Virus record (IMG/VR): IMGVR_UViG_3300028835_002196
Span: 1-64,000 of that record
Length of the DNA stretch: 64,000 nucleotides
Strand: one strand, 5' to 3'
From: a virus
Shown: in pieces, positions 36,387 to 45,100 of the stretch
How positions within the stretch are numbered: the first letter of the stretch is position 1
Layout of the letters: every line of letters starts with the position of its first letter
Translations under genes and position numbers: made by a program
The notes under the pieces: model-generated
The model's database searches: none
What the model was told of the DNA's origin: nothing
The model's input: the letters and a program-made list of their open reading frames with translations, nothing else

Positions 36387-36950
36387 TTATGCTATTTTTT
36401 TTCTCGGTACCTGAATCTTACTTAAGTTTTCTAGTTTTTCCCTGATTGATTTTCTTGCTCTCAAATATTGCGACCTGGATGTACTCTCGTTAATTCCCAT
36501 CAATTTAGCAATTTCCTTATGACTATACTCCTGCACTGCATACAATTCAAAAATCATTTTGTATCCTCTAGGTAGCGAGCCTATTATGTCAAGCAATTCA
36601 TTACACACAAAAACTGGATCGTTAAAACTCAGCTCTATTTCTGTTTCATCAATACTTTTGACATCGTAATGATAGTGATAATGCTTCTTATTTCTGTTAT
36701 AGTTTGTTTTAGCCGTGTTGAAGATTATTGCTGCCATCCAGGCCCTTAATGGAGCTGTTCCCCTGTACTCGTCGATTTTCAGTAAAATCTTCAGAAACCC
36801 CTCCTGTAATATATCTTCAGCCTCCGAAGTTTCAAAGGCATACCTTTTACAGATGTTTATGAAAAACACTGAATACTGTTCAAATAGTTGCTTCTGAGCC
36901 TGCTGGTTCTGTTTTATACATTGTTCTATAAGTTGCTTCTCATTAAACAT
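36387..36950 (-). CDS. ECF-type RNA polymerase sigma-70 factor
   Basis: AEDILQEGFLKI; LPRGYKMIFELYAVQEYSHKEIAKLMGINESTSRSQYLRAR. Confidence 0.92.
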   Translation of the reverse strand: MFNEKQLIEQCIKQNQQAQKQLFEQYSVFFINICKRYAFETSEAEDILQEGFLKILLKIDEYRGTAPLRAWMAAIIFNTAKTNYNRNKKHYHYHYDVKSIDETEIELSFNDPVFVCNELLDIIGSLPRGYKMIFELYAVQEYSHKEIAKLMGINESTSRSQYLRARKSIREKLENLSKIQVPRKKIA

Positions 36951-36973
36951 TTTCGTGCATTATTTTGGTTTTT

Positions 36974-37636
36974 TCATGATTGAAATTTTAAGTATTCAAG
37001 AATCCCTTCAAATATAGCATAAGCTCGATCATTACGAAACCCATCATCTTTCAAGTATCTTAAATCCCTGTTATTTGTCATAAAAGCATTCTCAACCAGC
37101 ACCCATACACCTTTCGTTTCACGTAATATGAAATAATTCTGTCCTTTAATTCCATTGTCATGCCTGGGACGAATTACGTGACTATTTTTTGCATCAGATT
37201 GCCTTATACTATCAGCAATACACATGGCCAGCAACTTCCCTTTTTTAGATTCCCTTTTACCCTTCTTATAATAGTACACACAGAAACCATTTGCATCCGG
37301 TTTAGGAACTAATCCGTCAGCATGAAGGGAAACACCTATCAATTTTTTGCCTCTTGCCTGAGCGTCTAAAAACAACCTGTTCTCTATTTCTTTTCTCCTG
37401 TTCAATCCTTCATCTCTCCAACCGGCAGCCAGTTGATAATATTCCATTCCGGAATAATTCCATAAAAGAGTGAGCTTGTCTTCTTCTGCCGTGTTAAATT
37501 CATTCTCTCTCAAGGATCCGTCAATACTCCTCTTACCGCCAGTCAGCCAACCATGCCCCGAATCTGCCACGAATACATAATTTTTGATAAGAGATGTCAA
37601 TTGGATTATTGCCTGTTTATCAAATATGTTATACAT
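36974..37636 (-). CDS. N-acetylmuramoyl-L-alanine amidase (endolysin, Amidase_3)
   Basis: DSGHG; RENEFN; VSLHAD; YFILRET...VLVENAFMTN. Confidence 0.88.
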   Translation of the reverse strand: MYNIFDKQAIIQLTSLIKNYVFVADSGHGWLTGGKRSIDGSLRENEFNTAEEDKLTLLWNYSGMEYYQLAAGWRDEGLNRRKEIENRLFLDAQARGKKLIGVSLHADGLVPKPDANGFCVYYYKKGKRESKKGKLLAMCIADSIRQSDAKNSHVIRPRHDNGIKGQNYFILRETKGVWVLVENAFMTNNRDLRYLKDDGFRNDRAYAIFEGILEYLKFQS

Positions 37637-37672
37637 TATTTTCCCCTTTCTTTTTTGTAACAAAACTGTCTT

Positions 37673-38140
37673 CTATACAATTCGAATCAGCATTCCAAGC
37701 CATACCAGATAATAAGCTACTATCTCAATCCAGAATGTATGATTTCTCATATTACATTTCATTGCCGGAATCGTAAATATTAACTGGGCCAAAACAAAGT
37801 ACCAGAGATTGAAATCAATGATCAATGCGGCCATCCCGAAAATAATTCCGGCCATAGCACCGATAACATGAACCTTCTCAGTTAGTTCAGTATTTTTTGT
37901 ATCCGCTGCGGCTCCGGCAAAACATATTGCTAATCCGGCAAGGAAGGTTAAAGCTGTTCCTCCTGCTATCATTAACGGGATTGAAAACCCCCAGAGAGAG
38001 AGGGTAAAAATCCATTTATTTTCGATATAATACCATGATGCTGAAACAGACCGGAGCCATCCAAACTTAATTGTTATTCCTGCCACATAGGACGTGAATA
38101 TAATGAAACTCAGGATCAACGCTATTAATTTGTAATTCAT
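37673..38140 (-). CDS. Multi-pass membrane protein
   Basis: Five to six hydrophobic segments; SVSASWY motif; next to the endolysin. Confidence 0.65.
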   Translation of the reverse strand: MNYKLIALILSFIIFTSYVAGITIKFGWLRSVSASWYYIENKWIFTLSLWGFSIPLMIAGGTALTFLAGLAICFAGAAADTKNTELTEKVHVIGAMAGIIFGMAALIIDFNLWYFVLAQLIFTIPAMKCNMRNHTFWIEIVAYYLVWLGMLIRIV

Positions 38141-38153
38141 CACATTTAGAGTT

Positions 38154-38390
38154 TTAGTTTTTAAGTAAGTAAGAAACTCCAAGGATAAAAGCCGTCCATG
38201 CTCCACCTATTATGGCAAAAAATTTGTTTTGCCTTTTTTTTAAATTCTGAATACAATCGGTGTTATCTTGTATTTGTTTAGATACACCTCCTGGAGTATA
38301 CTTGGTGCCTAACGCCCAATCTTTTATTTCTCTTACGTCTTCAGCAAGAGCTACAAAAGTTTCTTCATTCACTTCAATTTTTTTGCTCAT
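38154..38390 (-). CDS. Putative holin-like protein
   Basis: Start MSKKIEV; coiled coil followed by a C-terminal TM; within the lysis cluster. Confidence 0.45.
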   Translation of the reverse strand: MSKKIEVNEETFVALAEDVREIKDWALGTKYTPGGVSKQIQDNTDCIQNLKKRQNKFFAIIGGAWTAFILGVSYLLKN

Positions 38391-38800
38391 TTGAGAATAC
38401 GGGTTATAATTTCTTTTATCCATAAATTCTTTATACCAAGTAATATCAGCCCCGCTAAAATTACTAACGTTAGTTTCCACATGCTAAACCATCCCAGGAA
38501 GAGCAGAATAACCGCTGCTGTAATGGAGAGTAGACTTATCATGATTATTTTCCAGTACTTTCTATACTTGAAGGCATACACGGGACTTATTACCGGGATC
38601 TCCGGGCTGAGAATTTCATCCAGAATCTCCAAAGGAATTTTGTCTAAGTTATTCAGTATAACACGCAGGCCTTTATCCCCGTTGCCTTCACCACGAGGAA
38701 TAGGGTTAGAAGGAATAGAAACTTCCCCAGGGTCAACCCATAATTGATATGATCGATAAACAACAAAAGGCATTAACCTGCCCGTTCTACCTAAACTCAT
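38387..38800 (-). CDS. Membrane protein (holin candidate)
   Basis: Two C-terminal TM helices. Confidence 0.45.
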   Translation of the reverse strand: MSLGRTGRLMPFVVYRSYQLWVDPGEVSIPSNPIPRGEGNGDKGLRVILNNLDKIPLEILDEILSPEIPVISPVYAFKYRKYWKIIMISLLSITAAVILLFLGWFSMWKLTLVILAGLILLGIKNLWIKEIITRILK

Positions 38801-38803
38801 GTT

Positions 38804-39115
38804 TCAACGCATTACTGTTATATACAATTTAGCACCTAATACAGAAATTTTCGTTGTTATCTGTACGGTAAAATATTCTACCAAATCCAAAGGCAAATAT
38901 TTATCCGTTGCTGCTGCCGTTGTTCCAAAAATAAAATGACATACAGCATCCGCAACTAACCTCACCACTTGACCAGGATAAAATGTTTCAGTAGATGTTG
39001 CTGAGGCACTTGTTCCATCAACTATTTCATGGTGCCCCACAGGAGATAACGCCTGAATAGGTCTTTTTGAATAATCGTTCCCTAGCTTGGGAACATCGCC
39101 TTTCTTATTAGCCAT
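38804..39115 (-). CDS. Hypothetical beta-rich protein (possibly virion)
   Basis: ORF downstream of the giant protein. Confidence 0.55.
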   Translation of the reverse strand: MANKKGDVPKLGNDYSKRPIQALSPVGHHEIVDGTSASATSTETFYPGQVVRLVADAVCHFIFGTTAAATDKYLPLDLVEYFTVQITTKISVLGAKLYITVMR

Positions 39116-39167
39116 AACTTTTAACTATTTATATTTAGTAAATCTAATCAATACTTTTAAACAAATT

Positions 39168-42100
39168 TTATCTTTTAGGCCCTATCTTCCCTCTTCCTGC
39201 TTTCTTCCTGGCCTTTCTCTTTTTTTCTTTTTCCAGGTGTTCTTCGTAAAAATCCCTGGTCTCCCACTGGCTTCTCAGGTTTTCTGCATAATCAATAACC
39301 TCGAGACCAAACCTCTGTCTTTCCTTAGCACCGCCAATATCAAAATACTGATTCAGTAATTCACTTAAAGCCCTGTATTCAGGCTCATAAAACAACTCAT
39401 GTTTACGAGCTGTCTTCATTATCCATTGCACATCTTTAGACCCATAAACATTCGAATATCTAAACTGCCCCGTATCAGACCAATCCCATTTATGCCGGCT
39501 ATCCTCTGCCTTGCCTCTTACTGCCTGATAGGTATCAATAAATTGTTTACCAAAATAAGTGAATTGAGCATTAACAAAAGCATCAACCATTCTTGCATCA
39601 ATGAAAGGTGGTTTCTCAGGTGTTCCTTTCTTGCGAAAGAAATTGTTCATAAACTGTGTCATATTCATAACATCCTTGCCAAACTGACTGGCCCATTGTG
39701 TATTTCTTTCACGAATATCCTTATAAAATTCCTCCGGAGGAATATAATATTTATCTCTAAAAAAATCTTTCTTCGTAGTAATAGCCGTTATACCACCAAT
39801 AGCAGAGCTTAAATTATATAACCTGAACGGAAATATCAAATTAAACAAAGTCGAATTAATATAATTATCGAATGCCTTATCATCTCCCAAAATAAACTTA
39901 TCAGCCAATCGCTGCATACCACTTGATAAAATTCCCAAGTCAAAAGCTCTCGGAATAGAAATCCATCCCCCCCAGGGTGTTGGAAAATTCATAAACAGAT
40001 CTCGCCTCCACGCCGGGAACTGAAAATATTCTTTTCTTTCACGATCATCCAACATTGCCATTAATGATGTCTGCAAGGCTGTAATAATGGCTCCATAAAT
40101 GGCCAATCTAATAGTTGTACCACGTGGATTCTGCCTCATCTTCCAAATACTCTTCGCCTGACCTCTTATCATGGGATTGAGAAATGGTACATTAGGAGCT
40201 ATCCTGCGAATATAATACCCCATCACACGAAAATCCATTATTCTTCTCCCCTGTAACCCAGCATAAAGCAAAGCATCATAATCTACCATCCCTTTCTTTT
40301 TAGCCCATCTATAAGAACTGGAAAAAATAGCCGTACGTGGCTTTCTTTCACCTGACTTCATAAATCTTTCATATCCCCGATCCCATAATACTGTTTTAAG
40401 GTGTTCGGGATTCATGACAATAACAGATTTATCCTTTAATAACTTGGTCATAGCAACCTTCATTAAACCATAATACTGCCTATCTGTTGTCAGGTACCAT
40501 CCAAACTGACCGCCCCCCATACGATTCATCATTTCACTCGACCACTTCTGCATTGCCGGGCTAAACCAATCCTTGAGCTTAAACCTATGATCATGCGTTA
40601 TACCAGCAAACGACACGTCCCGTTCAAAATTTCGTAAATAAAATACCAGGTTAAATACTACCGAAGATCTAAATATGGTGGCCATCTGAGAAAGTATGGG
40701 TATGGGCACGGATTCGGCTACATTCATCATGCCATTATAAAATACCGGATCTACCTGCCACCACTGCTGCTCACCATACTTTTTAAATCCAACACTTTTT
40801 TCTAATTTATAAGGCACTCTCCTGGCCAGTTCTGCCAATCCTGAAATCTCGGAAGAATACATCTCCCTGGTAGGAACAAACCATTTGAACAGTTGTACTT
40901 TATAATTATTATAATCGCTTTCCTGGATCGTCCTTGTAGTTAAATACAATAACTGGTCCAGGGGATCTTTAATAAACTTAGCACTTCCTTTGGCCCTGTG
41001 CATCCAGTCCGGAGTAAATTGAACACCTATCCCTCTCCTGTTACCCGGCCTCATCTCTGTTTTACGTATATCCCACGCCTCATCAGGGCTCATTACCATT
41101 AATCTTGCCAGGGCAACGTATGATAAGTTTCTTTCTCTTATATACTGCCCGGCCTCCTGGGATAACAAACCGGATCTAATCGAATATTCAATTAAATTAT
41201 CTCCAAAAAAACGATACTTTCTTGCAAACTCCTCCCATCGCTTAACATCTTCTTTATTTTTCCTAACCTCTTTTAAAAGAGCTTGTGCTGCTTCATTATC
41301 AGTAACAAATCCTCCTCCAATGCCCGTATACACTCCTTTCGAAAAATCATATCTTTCTATGGGGAAATACAAATCTTCATCGCTAATATTATTTTCTATA
41401 ACCCATTCAGTTATCCTGTTTATATGTACGGCATACTTTTCTGCTATTGCCGGATGAAGCTTTAATATTTCAAGAGGAGGTAATTTATCACTATAATTTT
41501 TCAAATCATACATTACCTGATCACCCTGTATCTTCCACTCCAATTCAATAGACCTTTCAGCAATCATATATGTCATCGCATCATGTAGATCTTTAACAAA
41601 TGTTCCATAATCTGTTTTATCAAGATCATCCAACATCCATACGATATTAACCTGTTTATTCGTTACGGGATCATACACCGTTTTTCCATCGGGCATTTGC
41701 ATACCATGTTGAAATATGGCCACCATCTTATCATTGTGACCGGCAAGCAGTGATCCCATGTACAGGGGATTTTCACTCGGTTTTACGTTAAGAGGATCCC
41801 ATGCCTGTACCACGTTCTTTACAACTCCCTGCCGTTTCAAGGCCTCAACAAATGCTTTCTGTACAGGCCACATATCATTTGATAACCCCCAAACAATCTT
41901 ATCAGCCCATCCCCACTTCAGGCCAAGGGCATTATTATCTTTTCTATGTAAAAAGTTCTCAAACAGGGATTCCGGCTGCTCTTTTAATTTAAAATCAGCA
42001 TGAGATTGGGCACGCTCCATCCATGTCGATCCAACATACCTGCGAATATCATCACCAAATTCCCGGATAACTTCCAAAAACTCATCAGGAACTCTTTCTT

Positions 42101-45100
42101 TAAACCATTCCGTTAGCTTTGGAAAATCTTTTTCTGTTTGATTGGGATTAATAATCCAGGCCCTTATATATTCAGCCGTTCCCTCAGATCTACGATAAGC
42201 CTCTTTATCTAAAGTATCCTTTTTAGGCTTACTGCCATATTTCCACAACCTGCTTAATTCATGATTTATATCGGGGATCTTCCAGCTCACTTCCGGACCA
42301 ACTATCCCAAACATATCATCAATGCGATGACCTAACTCATGTGCTGTAACGTCAAGATCTCCCTGGTATTTCAAAATAATCATCTCCTCGCCAGGTACAT
42401 AAAATCCCGCAATTCCTTTACGTGGTTTCTGATACCTGACACCTGCCCGGAACTTTCGTGGTATAGATAATTGTATTTCCCATATCTTTTTTGGAGGACC
42501 TTCACTTGGCAGAGGATCAGGAGATATTCTCCCAACCCTTCCCCCGGTGTTATTCTCATACTGAATATCCTCGTCAGGTGGTGGTAAGTCGCTATCACGC
42601 TTAATGGCCGTGGCTGTGTCAATAAAATCTTGTACGACACTTGACTGTCCATGAAGAGCCTCAGCTGCATTAAACGCACTCTGAGCAACCTTCTCCGGCC
42701 TCGTTGCAATGGTAAGCCTGTAATCATCTAATATCTGTAATACCTCATCTAACTGACTTTCCCTAAAAAAGCCGTTAAAACTTTGATTGATCTGTGTAAA
42801 TTCACCATCAAACATGATAGCCGGTAACTTGCTTTTACTGGCATCCCAATATTTAGCTCCTTTCTCCCTGCTTGACGGCACACGTAAGGTATATAATTGA
42901 TCATCTGTATAATCACCATAATTATATTCCATAGATCTCGGTATTCCCTTCATGATACTAACATGGCCATCCGTGGTTTCTACATAATCCTTGTTTGCCA
43001 GGGCCAGTATAATATTTTTTGCATCCTTGATGGCGATTGTTACCATTTTATCCACACGGGGCTCAAAATTATCAGGCAATAATATTCCCTTTTTTATCAA
43101 TCCTTCTTTGGTGGTGAACTCAATCAACTTGCCCTTATAATCTTTAAATGCCTGCAGGATATTATTAGTAACAATATATCTTTTTACCCTTTTACCGGCA
43201 CCCTTCAAATGATAATCCCATTGTTCTTTTGCACTTGTTCTCTCTGAAGGTGAGAGAGAATAGCTGCTCGCTATAATCGTGTCCAAATACTGATCCTTGC
43301 TCAGGGGGACCTGAAAAGATCTGCGACTATCTGCTGTTGCAAATTTAATTCTTATATTACTCGGGACCCATGGATTAAGTTTATTTACATTTATATCATA
43401 ACCCACAACGTAACCCTTATTCATTCTTGTAATATTCCCGATATCCTCCTCGTAAGCAACTTCATAAATCTCCCCAACCTTGAAAAACTTAATATACCTG
43501 TCAATCGAATTTGTTAATAAAGTGTTATTTTTCTGAACAGTACTAAGTCTGTACCCTCTAAACTCTTCAAGCTTATTTATTTTATCTTTCCTCATCTCCT
43601 CAGCGTCCCTGACATTTTTCCCTTTCTCAACTGCCTCATCATACCTGCGATGCTCTTCCTTTATTTTAATATCGTACATCTCGGTAACTTCCTGCTGTTT
43701 CTTTTCAAGATTCTTCTGCAAGCCATCATAAATCTTTTTGTACGTGTCCTCTACATGTGCCTCAGCCGTCTTTCCCATAAGCTCTTTATTGATCAGATCA
43801 TCAATCTCTTTAGCCATCATGGGGTTTTTCATACTATTAACATCCATTAATTCCATAAAACTATCATCCCCGAAAGCACTAAACCCCCCTCGTCCACGAA
43901 TAACAAGGTCTTTATTTATACTCTCTGCTTGCAAATCCAAGGCCTTAACCTCAAGATCATTTTGATCGGTTTCGTTAAGATAGTCAATCAAGGCCTTATA
44001 CCGGTCTATAACGTCTGTATAAAATTCCTCTTGCTGCTGGGTTGTAAGTATCGATACTTCATTAGTTACTTTTCTTGTAGGATTCTCTGCCCTGTTCTTA
44101 GATTCATCAACTATACCCAAAGGATCACCGATAAGAGTATTAATATCCAGGTTATCCCTTAAATATTCTTCAACAACCTGATCACCGTACTTATTCAAAA
44201 TATCAACAATATCCAGCATCTTCTCGCTTTGTTTCTGATTTGATGTGGTGTTGGCATCAAGCATACCTATTTTCTGCCGGGTCATCATCAGTAGTCTTTG
44301 CTCTGCAGGCACAACACTACTTACATTATTATATATCGGATCCGTTACCTGACCGGCACGATGAATCCTTCCTATCTTCTGCATATAGGCATTAATATCT
44401 GGCTCTGGTTGTACAATAGTCATCACCCTTTGCGACTGATCTTTAAAATCAACCGATGAATGAGCCGAAAGACCGGTAGACGAAGCCACGTTACCAAGAA
44501 TTACCCAGCCAGGTTCATTATTAAACTTGCGTATAAGCTCATTTTTAGTTGGCCTAGGATTACTAACCAGTTTCCCCTTCATATAATTATCACCTGTAAA
44601 CTCTATTTTTGTTTTTCTACCCGTAATTTCTGCAACCTTGTAACCTGCTTTTTCAATTTCATGTATCATTATATCAATTGGTGATGCAGATATTTCCTCG
44701 CCAATCTCTCTTATTTTCTCTAACAAAGCATAATATGTTTCCTGACCGGCAGGGCCCAGAACTCCCGGATCTAAATATTCGGGATGAGGTACACCTGTTT
44801 CGTCCACAACTGTTGCTTTCATCACTCCTTTTAAGCCACGTTCCAGTACATAAGAAAAGTTTGTTGAAACTTCATCTCCCATACTGACTAATCCTTCATC
44901 CATCATGTGTTTGAACATGCTCTCCATAGTATTAGAAAATGCAACAAACGGCTTCTGCCCCTTCTCTAACTGTTGAATAATGGTAGGTGTTATATGTTGA
45001 GCTTTCAGAGTAAACAATAACTGGTTAATAACATTATAAATTTTATTGAAATAAGGATAATTTTGCACGCCCATTCTTGTAGTTCCCCTTCTTTCCTCCA

